NCBI RefSeq assembly: GCF_006345805.1 | Contig: NC_043002.1 | Span: 12,090,001 to 12,154,000 of the forward strand | Reading direction: 5' to 3' | DNA from: Octopus sinensis | Lineage: Eukaryota | DNA: 64,000 nucleotides | Shown: piece by piece, positions 51,880 through 64,000 of the stretch | Layout of the letters: every line of letters begins with the position of its first letter | Position numbering within the stretch: the first letter of the stretch is position 1 | The notes under the pieces: generated by a model | The model's database searches: none | The model's input: the letters and a program-made list of their open reading frames with translations, nothing else | What the model was told of the DNA's origin: nothing | Position numbers and translations under genes: made by a program

Positions 51880-53360
51880 AGCCTGAGATTTACGCTAAAA
51901 ACACATATTTTTTAATTTGACAACAAACTGTATAAGCAAACGAAAGGCGGTGCTATTGGAGTGGGGATCGCCGGTGACGTTGCTAACCTCTTCATGGTAT
52001 GGTGGGACAAGCGTTTTAAACAGTGCCTAGCAAACCGTAACATCCACTTGGCTATGTACTCTCGTTACGTCGACGACATTAACCTTGTTGTGAAATGTAA
52101 TACAGACACAGTTATGGGCCCTCTACCAAGTGAAGAACAGGTGATGACATCTATACAACACATAGCTGACTCTATCCACAGCAGTATAAAACTTACCATA
52201 GACTACCCCTCTAAACACCCCCAGTAAACGATTACCGTCCTAGATACTGAGCTATGGATGGAAGACGCTATGGTTAATGGTACCATTAAACCATGTATAC
52301 TCCACTCACACTATCAGAAACCGATGGCTAATCCACTAGTAATCCGTAGTGACTCAGCTATGTCGGATACTGCCAAACTCAACATCCTAGTGGCAGACTT
52401 AGTTAGAGTAATGAGGAATGTATCACCACTATGCCAACCACAAGAACGACAACAACACATCCAGCACTACATATTCCGAATGCAACGCTCCGGATACACA
52501 CAAGACGATAGAGTCAGGGTGTACAAAGGAGCGAAAGCTAGATTCGAACGCATTCTAGGGAACGACGAAAACGGTATATGCCCCCTGTACCGCAACAAGT
52601 TCTGGAATAGGTTAGAGAGGGACACCAACAAAAAGATGAGAAACGTTACTTGGTACGATAGCAGGAGATTTCACGGACTGATGTTCGTTGACGCCACACC
52701 TAAGAACGAGCTAAGTAAGGCATTCAAGAAAGTCCTGCGCACTACGGGCCTAAAAGTTAAAGTTGTAGAAAAGACAGGTAGGACTATCAAATCGGCATTA
52801 TGCAGATCATATCCATTTGATAGAATCACCTGTCAGAGTAATTGTGCAGTGTGTTCGACAAATCCACACGTAAATTGTAAAACCAAGGGCACTGTATACC
52901 AGATTAAGTGCCAGGAGTCATACATAGGTGAGACCTCTAGAAGCATCAATGATAGGTTCAAAGAACACCTGGACAACTACATTGAAAGGAAGCCAAACTC
53001 CATCTTCTACCGACATGCTGTAGACTGCCACAAGGGATCCTTAGGGGAGCTTAAGTTGAACATCCTATCAACACATCCCACCGATGCAATGTTGAGACAG
53101 GTCACAGAAGCTGTTTGTATACAAGAATACAAACCTACTCTCAACCGAAAGTCCGAATGGAATAACATCCAGAACCCATTCAGAAGGACTATTCTATAAC
53201 CACCCCTCTCTCTCTCCCCCCTTTTACCTGTAGTCCTTACATACAGGTTGCAATGCGTATGTGCAGTTATATACAACGGTATGAGCAGACGTTGTTTGAT
53301 ACGAACAGTTGCACCTAGGCGTTGTATCCATTCACGGTTAGACGATGATGAGAGGAACAC
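51880..53360 (+). mobile_element. 5'-truncated Penelope-like element (RT, thumb, Cys-rich linker, C-terminal GIY-YIG), Neptune-like
   Basis: FDNKLYKQTKGGAIG, RYVDDI, KPMANP..SAM, CQSNCAVC..NC linker, VYQIKC..YIGETSR..RFKEH..RH..H..RQVTEAVCI..PTLN; in-frame TAA at 51913 and 52225; between (TACA)n tracts. Confidence 0.92.
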
Positions 53361-54194
53361 AACACACACACCACACACACATATATATATATGTGTGTGC
53401 GTCTATACTAACATATATGTAAATATGTATAACCTTCAGCAAAGTAACAGTCATGTACACAACTTGGACGGACACATGCCAGTACACGGACATACGTTCA
53501 CATACACATACACATGTACACACTCTCACGGACACATCTACCCATTCTCCTAGACACTCACATACATACGTAGCACATGAATACAAACATACATACATAC
53601 CTACGTATGGTCATACACACGTACATACGCACGTACATGTACGCACACACATACATGGGCACATGCATACGAGCGCGTATACATACATACGCACATGCGT
53701 ACGTATGTACATACACACATACATACATACATACATACATACATACATACATACATACATACGCACATACATACATACGAACAATAGTAAAACATTAGTT
53801 CTGTGATATAGAGATAAAAATCTGATAATAGATTTTAGGGTATAGTTCTTGTGAGCAAGCGTCATAAATTCACTTTCTAGCCTCGGCCGTAGGGAGTTGA
53901 AATTTGATAGCGTTGTGATGAGTGGTCACTCTACATCCATCCATCGCTACAGGTTTATAACTTTATGTTTTGTAGAGTGTATGTGCGTGCTTATACACAC
54001 CAGTACCATATACATACATACATACATACATACATACATACATACACATACATAATACATACATACATGCACACACAGGCGTATGTGCGTACATGCATAC
54101 GTACATACATACACACATGTATGCATACATACACACATACATACGTACATATATATGACGAACTAACTGTTACTTTCTTAGATGCAGCACGGAC

Positions 54195-54244
54195 TTTGTC
54201 AGTGAACAGGTCGCGGATTTTAGCGACGAAAATATTTTGACAAA
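54195..54244 (+). ncRNA. Hammerhead-like fold with G3-C8 core variant
   Basis: TTTGTCA GTGAACA G GTCGC-GGATTTTA-GCGAC GAAA ATAT TT TGACAAA. Confidence 0.6.
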
Positions 54245-54385
54245 TTAAACTTAAATGTTGGAGTGAATCGAACGGCTTTTGTGTGTTTCTTAAATGGCTT
54301 ATAAACACCTTCCACGCTGCAATTGTTTTCGTTTCAGCACACGATCTCAGATCAAATTACTTGCTATGCGAGTACATCTCCGTAA
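54195..54385 (+). mobile_element. HHR-bearing repeat family H, copy 1
   Basis: Inverted copy at 54605-54795 and a partial direct copy at 54804-54887; separated by (TA)n. Confidence 0.85.
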
Positions 54386-54402
54386 TATATATATATATAT
54401 AT

Positions 54403-54463
<61 letters not shown>

Positions 54464-54474
54464 CATATATATAC

Positions 54475-54509
<35 letters not shown>

Positions 54510-54604
54510 CATATATGTATATATATATATACATATATGTATATATATATGCATATAATGAATAGAATATAACCTATCAGTTAAGATATATGCCTATATA
54601 CACT

Positions 54605-54795
54605 ACGGAGATGTACATGCATAGCAAGTGTCCTGATCTGAAATCGTGTGCTGGAGTAAAAACCATTGCACCGTGGAAGGTGCTTATAAGCCACATTAAA
54701 ACACACAAAAACGGTTAGATTCACTTCAACACTTAAGTATAAATTTGCCAAAATATTTTCGCCGCTTTGAGACCGCAACCTGTTCACTGACAAAA
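54605..54795 (-). mobile_element. HHR-bearing repeat family H, copy 2
   Basis: Reverse complement of 54195-54383; motif at 54744-54794. Confidence 0.85.
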
Positions 54796-55437
54796 TAATT
54801 TTGCAAATAAATTTAAATGTTAAAGTGAATCAAACGGAATTTGTATGTCTTTAAATGGCTTATAACCACCTTCCACGCCGCAATTGTAGTTATATATGTA
54901 TATATATATATATATATATGGATAGGTTATGAGGCAACATTTAACATTTCTAGAAACTTTAGCTTTTATCAGTGTCTAATACTTCGGAATCTAACATACA
55001 ACACTCACCTGATTGATATGACTTTTACTAAGCATATCTGCTTTTTTTTTTCTTTTGAAAAATTTTTTTTTGCAATTTATATCTTACTTTATTTATGGTT
55101 TTTACTTTCGCATTGTAATTTTTTTCTACATGTGCTACTACGCTTCGTTTCTGTGCTAATGTTCTTTGTTAATATGAAGTATTTTTTTTCTTTATCATCT
55201 TAATTACATGATAACGGTTAGGCGATAAGGGCTCCGCGATAAGGTTTATACAATAATGGTTGCATGATAATGCTTACACGATAAGAAGTTGAAAGTTAAA
55301 ATGGATTAGACATTTTTACGTTTTCCAGTTAATGTTTTGTATGTTTTCTAGCTCTTTTTATTGATATTTATATATTTATTTACTAATATATTTATTCCTA
55401 AAATTTCGTTCGAAACACTATATAAGATTTTAAACTT

Positions 55438-55660
55438 CTAGATTTTGGGTAACCACAGAAGAATTTACTGCTTGTCATACAGAATCATCCACAAAGCCTA
55501 TGTTATTAGTAAAATACAATAGTTTTTAGTTCTAGAATTTGGGTAACCACAGAAGATTCAACTGTCTCTCCTTCAGGTGCATTTATAATGCCTGTTATTT
55601 GTTAAATACAGTAGTTGTTAATGCGCAGATTTTGGGGGTATCACAGAAGATTCTTATTGC
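55438..55660. repeat. Diverged ~94-bp tandem repeat (2.3 units)
   Basis: AGA(T/A)TTTGGG..A.CACAGAAGA recurs near 55438, 55532 and 55626. Confidence 0.7.
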
Positions 55661-55826
55661 CGTATATATATATGTTTAAGTAGTTGAATGAATTATCCTA
55701 GTATGGATAATTCGGTTAACCGATACCCGGGTAGCAAATTTACGTCAGAAAGCACGGTTGAAGCTACATGCCAAGGGCAGAAATCACGTGCTTTCGTGTG
55801 GAAATTTGTGTGTTTTTTTACTATAG

Positions 55827-55914
55827 ATAAATGAAAGAATGGAGTCGAACGACGATTTAACAAAATTCCTTTATTCTCCGATTTTGTTAAATCGTCGTTC
55901 GACTCCATTCTTTC

Positions 55915-55920
<6 letters not shown>
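55827..55920. repeat. Perfect 40-bp inverted repeat with 14-nt loop
   Basis: 55827-55866 is the exact reverse complement of 55881-55920; abuts (TA)n. Confidence 0.95.
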
Positions 55921-55989
<69 letters not shown>

Positions 55990-55991
55990 CA

Positions 55992-56315
55992 ACAATCAAG
56001 GAACGGCCATAATAGGCCATTCACCCACTAGAAATAACAGCCAAAGCTTCAACCGCAAATAAAGATCAATTCCGTAAACAGGAGAAAATTTAAAAAAACA
56101 TTTACCCTGTAAATTTTTAAATTTTCTCCTGTTTACGGAATTGATCTTTATTTGCGGTTGAAGCTTTGGCTGTTATTTCTAGTGGGTGAATGGCCTATTA
56201 TGGCCGTTCCTTGATTGTGATGTGTGAACTTAAAAATGGTCTATGACTATTTAATTTTTCCCACTAGGCCGCTGGTGGCAAAAGAATTCTACAAAATTTT
56301 TTTTTTTGCCACCCT
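55992..56315. mobile_element. Second locus of family F: ~104-bp foldback plus 3' terminal segment
   Basis: 55992-56095 vs 56114-56218 inverted; 56219-56315 matches the reverse complement of 50522-50625. Confidence 0.9.
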
Positions 56316-56347
56316 ATATGATTAATATATATATAATATATATATAT

Positions 56348-56414
<67 letters not shown>

Positions 56415-56489
56415 GTATATATATAGATATATATATGTTATATATTGTATATATATATATATATAGTATGTATATATCTTGTATATATA

Positions 56490-56760
56490 TATATATAACG
56501 GGAAGCTTTATGAAAATAGACAAAAGACGAAGGCAGGTGGAAAAAACACACAAACAATTGTATTAGTATGGCGCTCAGGAAATATATAAAACAAGTCTTT
56601 AACGTTTCGAGCCTACGCTCTTCAACAGAAAGATACACAGAGAAAAAAAACACAGAAGAAGGAGAGAAAAAAATGCGTGCAGTAACTAACGAATCAACAT
56701 GGCGATCTGATTTCGGCCAGAAGTCAAAGATCAAACATGAGACGCGAGAGCGAAATTAGG
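56490..56760 (-). mobile_element. Repeat family G, longer copy
   Basis: Homologous to 51275-51480; HHR-like motif at 56596-56633. Confidence 0.8.
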
Positions 56761-57178
56761 GGAGATAATAGGGTGAATGACCTACTCCAACATAAGGGTT
56801 TGTGGTGTGTGTGTGTATGAGAGAGTATTAGTGCGTATGAGAGGTCTGGACGTGTGTATGTATAGGGTTGGTGTATGTATTAGTATGTATTAGTATGTAT
56901 TAGTATGTATTAGTTGGTGTATGTATTAGTATGGCACATCATATATGATGTTGTGTAAAGTCGTGTGTGGTGTAGTGTGGAGAGAGGAGAAGAGGGGGAG
57001 GAGAGGAGAGGAGAGGGAGGGGGGAGAAGGAAGGGGGAGGGGAGGAGGAAGGAGGAAAGAGGGAGAGGGAGAGAGAGAAGGGGAGTGAGGGAGCAGAGGG
57101 AAGGGGAAGAGGGAAGGAGGGAGGGAGAAAGAGGGAAGAAGGGAAGGGGAGTAGGGGTGAAAGGATGAAGGACTGAAG

Positions 57179-57289
<111 letters not shown>

Positions 57290-57599
57290 TATACATATAT
57301 ATATATAAATGCAGAAGCATTTGTGATATCTATGCTATTAGTATATTTTTGTTCGTAGTGACTAAGATATCGCGAAAGATATCACATACATGCTATTTAA
57401 TTTCAGCAAGGTGGATTAACAAACACGATAATACTGTGGGTCTTCAGTACTTTTGAACTCAATATAGCTACACCCAAAATATACTTAGCAGTATAAACAT
57501 TTCCTCACCTCTTTGCAATAGAAAGCTGTTAGTAGGTTGTTGTTTCTACGCTATCCGCAAACAATTAGATCTCGCTGTTATTTTTTGAACACTTGTCAC

Positions 57600-58485
57600 C
57601 TGAAAGCCACATTAAAATTCCTCTCAACCACGGTGTACGAGATTTTTAGTATGCTGAACCATTTCAGCTGCACCTTCCCATACCTCCGCCCCTTTTCAAC
57701 TTGTGATGAACTCAGTGAAGTGTGTCTTTTCTCGGATTGGTCTTCAAGTGAATCATCGAAAAGCTGAAGTAATCCAATCATCGTTCCCATTCTCATCTCC
57801 GCCTCAGCCTGTTCTTCTTGATGTTGCTCCTCTACCGCAAGCGGACTCATTCTGCTATCTTGGAACCACGACCTCTAACACTGGATCCCTTGACGGGGGA
57901 ATACTCCGCCGGATCGACCTGACCTCTGCCTCTTTCGGGAAACTCAGTGAACGAATCTTTCAGAACAAGAAACTTAGTGCCAATACAAAAATTTCCGTTT
58001 ATCGATCTGTTTATGTATCAGTCTCCTGTATGAGTCTGAGTGATTGACACTTTATCGGCGCCAGATCATACAACTGGAAATGTTCCATGACAGATCGCTC
58101 CAACGTTTCCTGGGTCTCATGCGGAAGGAGAATATGACTCACACCAAAACCCTCCTCAAGGCTGAGATCATACTACGGCATGCATCCTTCAGCCTCTACT
58201 CCACTGGGTTGGCTGTGTAATTCGTATGGTGGGTATGGTCCTCTTCAGTCAGATTAAGACTGGAAGTAGGCCTCATAGACGTCCACAGTTTTGCTTTCAT
58301 GATCCTCGTAAGTGGTCTCTCTCACATAGTGTCTCTTCCAAATTGTTGGGGCTCCTGGCTGTTAATCGCAAGACATGGAAGTCCATGCGTGATACCAGGG
58401 TAGCGCACTTGAAAGCCAAACGCAGAAGAATCCTTCGAGAGAGGAGACGTCATCATCAACCCACTGCGACTGTTGTTCGGTGTTA
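57600..58485 (+). mobile_element. RTE-type LINE 3' fragment, decayed
   Basis: YAEP (eroded YADD), GLQVNHRKAEV, FCYLG..ILRRI..ASFGKL..IF..KKLSANTKISVYRSV. Confidence 0.8.
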
Positions 58486-58679
58486 ATTTCAGTGCCTTGA
58501 GGGCTACAGTAACTTGTATTGATCTTGTCAGTCACGCCAGAGGTGCAGAAGCATAGCCGTAGTTCAATGACTGAAACAAAGAGAAAGTTATAAATACGTT
58601 GCAGTAGACTTCTATATAAAACTATTGCGCCATTTTTATAAGCTCCATTATTTATAGAAAATATCTTCAAACCTATCCT

Positions 58680-59020
58680 AAAATTGTCGTGGCACTCCGT
58701 CGGTTACAACGACGAGGGTTCCAGTTGTTCTGATCAACGGAACAGCCTGCTCGTGAAATTAACGTGCAAGTGGCTGAGCACTCCACATGCACGTGTACCC
58801 TTAACGTAGTCCTCGGGGAGATTCAGCGTGACGCAGAGTGTGACAAGGCCGGCCCTTTGAAATACAGGTACAACAGAAAGAGGAAGAAAGAGTTAGAGCA
58901 AATTGTGGAGCTTTAAATGTTTTGGCTCAATAAACACTCACAATGCACGGTCTGGGATTCGAAACCGCGATCCTATGACCGCGAGTCCGCTGCTCTAACC
59001 ACTGGGCCGTTGCGCATCCA
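58680..59020 (-). mobile_element. tRNA-derived SINE
   Basis: Minus head GGCCCAGTGGTTAGAGCAGCGG..GGTTTCGAATCCC (A and B boxes) with a long conserved-looking body. Confidence 0.75.
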
Positions 59021-59119
59021 CCATACTTAAGTGGATTTATAAAAATCATAGGAAATATGTTGTCTAGGGAGAGTCATATTCTTTTTGTGCCTTATAATTT
59101 AACACAGGAAATTTTTTTG

Positions 59120-59385
59120 TACAGTTCTATATGCCCACGGGCATATGGCGTAGTTGTTGAGAGCGCGGGCTACTAACCCCAATATTCCGAGTTCGACTCC
59201 AACCAGTGACCTGAATAATAATAATAACAATACTAATAACAACAACAGGAATGAGAACCCAGGTTCGAAATTTCCCCAAGACACCTGATAAAGGCTAGAG
59301 GGTATATCAGCAGAAAAGTTGTGTTAACAACAAACAAGACGAGGACAAATATCCGTTATATGTAAATAATGTACATAATGTAAAG
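59120..59385 (+). mobile_element. tRNA-headed HHR element (family D), 3'-truncated copy
   Basis: TA|CAGTTCTATAT start, ATATGCCC-AC-GGGCATAT hairpin, tRNA-like head, short (AAT)n, eroded HHR at 59281-59324. Confidence 0.8.
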
Positions 59386-59761
59386 TCAGCAGTGTTCCAG
59401 AATGACAGATCGATTCCAACCAGAGTGTTCCACAGTTTGCGTCAATCAATTTCCAGTTGGAAGGATTATGTCTGACGCAAGTAATAATATAACACATATG
59501 ATCAACATGCTACGCTGCACGGGATCGAACCCGGCAACCAATTATTGCGAAACTAGCACATTAACCGTTCGGTCTCACATGCATACATGACCAACACAAA
59601 CACAAAACACTCACACACATACACGCACACGTGGTCTCACACACACGCACACACACATGCCGCACATACAAATATAAATACACGCACAAGTAAACAGGAA
59701 CGCAGACTAGTATACTTCTATAGCGATGTGCGTGTGCGTGCGTGTATATATATGCACATTG

Positions 59762-59809
<48 letters not shown>

Positions 59810-59924
59810 TATATATGTATATATATGTATATGTATATATATGTATATATATATACATATATATATATTTATATACATATATATGTATATGTGTGTCTAT
59901 GTGTGTACGCATAAATAAATGCAT

Positions 59925-60007
<83 letters not shown>

Positions 60008-60867
60008 TATATATACATATATATGTGATATACATATATGTAATTTATATATACATATATATATATATGTATATATTTGTCGGTATACAGGTATACACGT
60101 ATGCATATGCGTAAGTACGTACAACGTGAATGCATGTGCTTACGTACGTACGCAAGTTTACTCACAGGTATGCGAATGTGTTTGCCTGATTGCTCGTATA
60201 TATATTCAATATATCAAGACACAGACATTCACACAGACACACACACCCGTTTGAACACAAACAAAATGCTACACTTACCTGATCCAAACGCAATGGAGAT
60301 AATTTACTTGGCTTGATCTTATCTCCTCATGGCAATAAACAACATGAAACTACATACGTAAATATATGAAGGCAAGCGTGTGTCTCACTGTCTACCTGTA
60401 TTTTCTCTGTGTGTACATATATTGATTGTATTAATTGCAGTTACATGTACACATATATTAATGAACACATTCGATATATATATATATACTTATATACTTA
60501 TATAAAGACACACACAATAAGTATATATGTATATTTATATATATATTTAAAAGCATAGTATATATATAAATACATAAGGATGCATATACATATATATGTG
60601 ATATACATATATGTAATTTATATATACATATATACGTCATATATATTTGTCAGCATATATATATAAATGATATATTGGTACATATATATATATATATATG
60701 TATATCTGTATGTATGTGTGTGTAACAAAAATATAAATTTGTGTATGTATATATGTATATGTACATGAACATGTATCTCTCTTTCTCTCTCTCTCACATA
60801 TATGTATACATATAAATATATATACAAACATACATACATATATATATATACATACATATATCTATAA

Positions 60868-60904
<37 letters not shown>

Positions 60905-61470
60905 CACATATATATTCACATACATACAGCCATTTATATTGTGCATTAATGTACAGAAGTATACCCAATTCCCTTGCGTATACACAAATCTAGAGTATGA
61001 TCTAACTCTACATATTAATGAACCAACGACTTTCAAATAATAAGTACATATACTCTCTGTTTCTTCTTACTTTCCACCCAAACATCATACACCGCTACCC
61101 TTTTATCTATCATTTTCTTTCTTCACCCCCTATACTCTGCTTATCGCTTTACTTATATTCCTTAAAAATCTTCGCGATCTTCTTAATCAAGGAACACACA
61201 TACACACAAAGACAAACATACATACTTACACATAGGCATATGCTGCTTATAACATGCAGCTCCAATTCATTCGACGACTGTCGAATTCGCATCCACTCAA
61301 TTAAGATCAAGTGACACTTACTTTCTCAAGGTTGTTCGGCGCAAAATTTGAGATTTTAGATTAAAGGGGGAAAAAAACCTTCTTGTTTTAACCTCGACTA
61401 TGCAGGCAAGCATAGTACGTAGTACGTACATACATACATACGTTTTGGCACACACACACATGCACGGACG

Positions 61471-61479
<9 letters not shown>

Positions 61480-61518
<39 letters not shown>

Positions 61519-61527
61519 GTATGTATG

Positions 61528-61608
<81 letters not shown>

Positions 61609-61662
61609 TTCCGTATATATACTTATATGCATATATTTATTTACATATATGTATGTTATATA

Positions 61663-61702
<40 letters not shown>

Positions 61703-61765
61703 GTATATATATGCATATATACATATATACTATACATATGTATATATATATTATATATATATATA

Positions 61766-61809
<44 letters not shown>

Positions 61810-61981
61810 GCATGTACATATATATAAATATATATTTACACACAACACACATACACGCATAGATATATATATACATAAGTATGTATATATTTACATATAC
61901 TTATATATAAATACATTTATGTATATATATATTATATATATGTATCATATATATATAAATACATTTATGTATATATATATA

Positions 61982-62020
<39 letters not shown>

Positions 62021-62034
62021 TACATATACATATG

Positions 62035-62112
<78 letters not shown>

Positions 62113-62125
62113 TATATATACATAA
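61480..62125. repeat. Long interrupted (TA)n microsatellite
   Basis: Direct repeat. Confidence 0.95.
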
Positions 62126-62434
62126 ATGTATTTATATAAGTATGTAGGTAAGTATTCATTCACACAGAAACGTAGATCAATTTTTCAGTATTTCGTAATT
62201 GCTTCTCACTAAATTATTGATAATGTTTAGTAATGTGGCAACAGGCACTCAGACATCACATGACGTAATACCGAAACGTCTTTAACCCAAAGGAGGGGCC
62301 AACAAACGAGTCGCTTCTTGTCCACTTGATTTGCTAGAAATAGCAACCAACAACGTCTTCTCCAATGATATCCTACTTAATTAGATAAAAATGGATGAGG
62401 ATAATGGATATATATATTTTATTTCCAACTAGTT

Positions 62435-62620
62435 TCAGTTATTTGACTGCGGCCATGTTGGAGCATAAGTCAGAGAAATTTTACTCGAACAAATCGACGC
62501 CAGGATTTTATTTCTTTTAAGTACTCATGCTATCGGTCTCTATTGCCGACCCACTGAGTCACAGGTGCGTAAACACACTAACATGGGTTGTCAAGCGGTG
62601 GCGGTGTGTAACAAAGCAAA
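62435..62620 (-). mobile_element. SINE family B 3' half
   Basis: GTTTCAGTTATTTGACTGCGGCCATGTTGGAGC..ATCGGTCTC..GGTTGTCAAGCG. Confidence 0.75.
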
Positions 62621-62667
62621 TACTCATAGATACATTCATATATTATATATATATATATATATATACC

Positions 62668-63065
62668 AATTTCTTTACTACCCACAAGGGGCTAAACACA
62701 GAGAGGACAAACAAGGGCAGACAAAACGGATTAAGCCGATTATATCGACCCCAGTGCGTAACTGGTACTTATTTAATCGAACCCGAAAGGATTAAGGGCA
62801 AAGTCGACTTCGGCGGAATTTGAACTCAGAACGTAACGGCAGACGAAATACCTATTTCTTTACTACCCACAAGGGGCTAAACACAGAGAGGACAAACATG
62901 GACAGACAAACGGATTAAGTCGATTATATCGACCCCGGTGCGTAACTGGTACTTAATTTGTCGACTTCGAAAGGATGAAAGGCAAAATTGACTTCGGCGG
63001 AATTTGAACTCAGAACGTAGCAGCAGACGAAATACCCGGCGTGCTAACGTTTCTGCCAGCTCTTA
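62668..63065 (-). mobile_element. Head-to-tail pair of family A SINEs
   Basis: Two ~185-bp units starting ATTTCTTTACTACCCACAAGGGGCTAAAC. Confidence 0.9.
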
Positions 63066-63237
63066 CCAGCTTAAAAGCCGTCCCATCGGAGAGGCTTTTA
63101 AGCTTGTATGTAGCTTTTAAGCAACGAACCACGAATGGGAACATCTGCAAACAGATCTCTGGCTTGTTTTGGAGAATTTGTTGCAATTGCTTCCTCCAGA
63201 GTCATATCCCAATGATGATCATATTCGTTACAAAAAA

Positions 63238-63465
63238 TCATTTCTTTATTGCCCAGAAGGGGCTAAACATAAAGAGGACAAACCATGACAGACAAAGGGA
63301 TTAAGTCGATTACCAGTGCGAAACTTGTACTTTATTTATCGACCCCGAAAGGATGAACTGCAAAGTTGACCTCGGCGGAATTTGAACTCAGGACGTAACG
63401 AAAGACGAAATACCCCCTAAGCATTTCGCCCGGCGCCCTAAAGTGTCTGCCAGCTCGCCGCCTCT
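63238..63465 (-). mobile_element. Family A SINE
   Basis: Full body through the head CTGCCAGCTCGCCGCCT. Confidence 0.85.
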
Positions 63466-63479
63466 TATATATTTAAGGC

Positions 63480-63595
63480 GGGATTTTTTTCACTTTCCGC
63501 CTACCAATTCCTCTCGCATGGCCTTGGTAATTCCGAGGCTTTAGTAGAAGACACTTGTCCAAGTTCCACGCAGTGGGACTGAACCCGGAACCAAA
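63480..63595 (-). mobile_element. SINE family B head and CORE-like block
   Basis: TAGTAGAAGACACTTGTCCAAG..CGCAGTGGGACTGAACCCGGAACC, as at 41380-41440. Confidence 0.75.
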
Positions 63596-64000
63596 TGTCT
63601 ATATAACCACACTTTTAATCTTCCATATACTATATTATAATATGCAACTATGCTTTTAATCTTCCCTGTATTTTATTTATCAGGCTGCGGCAATGTTGGA
63701 GCAGTTGATCCGTGTACTCATTTTAATACTGATAGTAATTTTTAGGCTTTCCTGCCACAGCCGCAAGACCATATATATGAAGTATGTGAATTTAACCATC
63801 ATTGGTTGCGAAACTGTAAGCGACAAACATGAATACAAAAATGCACACATTCTCTACCAGAAACAAACAGACGTGAATACATTACAAATAGGTTCTCTCT
63901 CTCTCTCTCTAACCGCTCAGTCGAAGTCGACTCTCGGTCACTCATTGGATCAGTGTTCTCCAGTCAGTTCTATTCTGGGCTGCTTCTTTCAGATTGGCTA

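Noticed and set aside
61517-62125. YI-repeat ORFs here and throughout the window
   Set aside because: Translations of (TA)n, which has no stop codon.

Overview
Eukaryotic, AT-rich, extremely microsatellite-dense intergenic or intronic DNA with one 100-N gap. The tRNA-derived SINE families and repeat landscape look like an Octopus (cephalopod) genome; this is an inference. No host protein-coding gene can be supported, and almost all listed ORFs are translations of (TA)n/(TACA)n/(AAT)n/(CAT)n tracts. Real coding remnants are all transposon-derived: a 5'-truncated R4/Dong-type RLE LINE (22.4-25.4 kb) plus two smaller RLE 3' fragments, a Penelope-like element with RT and C-terminal GIY-YIG (51.9-53.2 kb) plus a decayed one (46 kb), RTE-type LINE fragments (one with a twin-priming-like inversion and a 9-bp TSD), a CR1/L2-like 3' end, and a decayed Tc1/mariner transposase. 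hAT, pogo and Helitron non-autonomous elements are also present. The main unexpected signal is a set of small non-coding elements embedded in (TA)n tracts, often as foldback palindromes, carrying hammerhead-ribozyme (HHR) folds of several architectures: canonical, large loop II, G3-C8 swapped, A6U, and one behind a tRNA-like Pol III head. They suggest a diverse non-autonomous ribozyme-bearing (retrozyme-like) system, possibly mobilised by Penelope-like elements. All folds were read by eye and none is tested.
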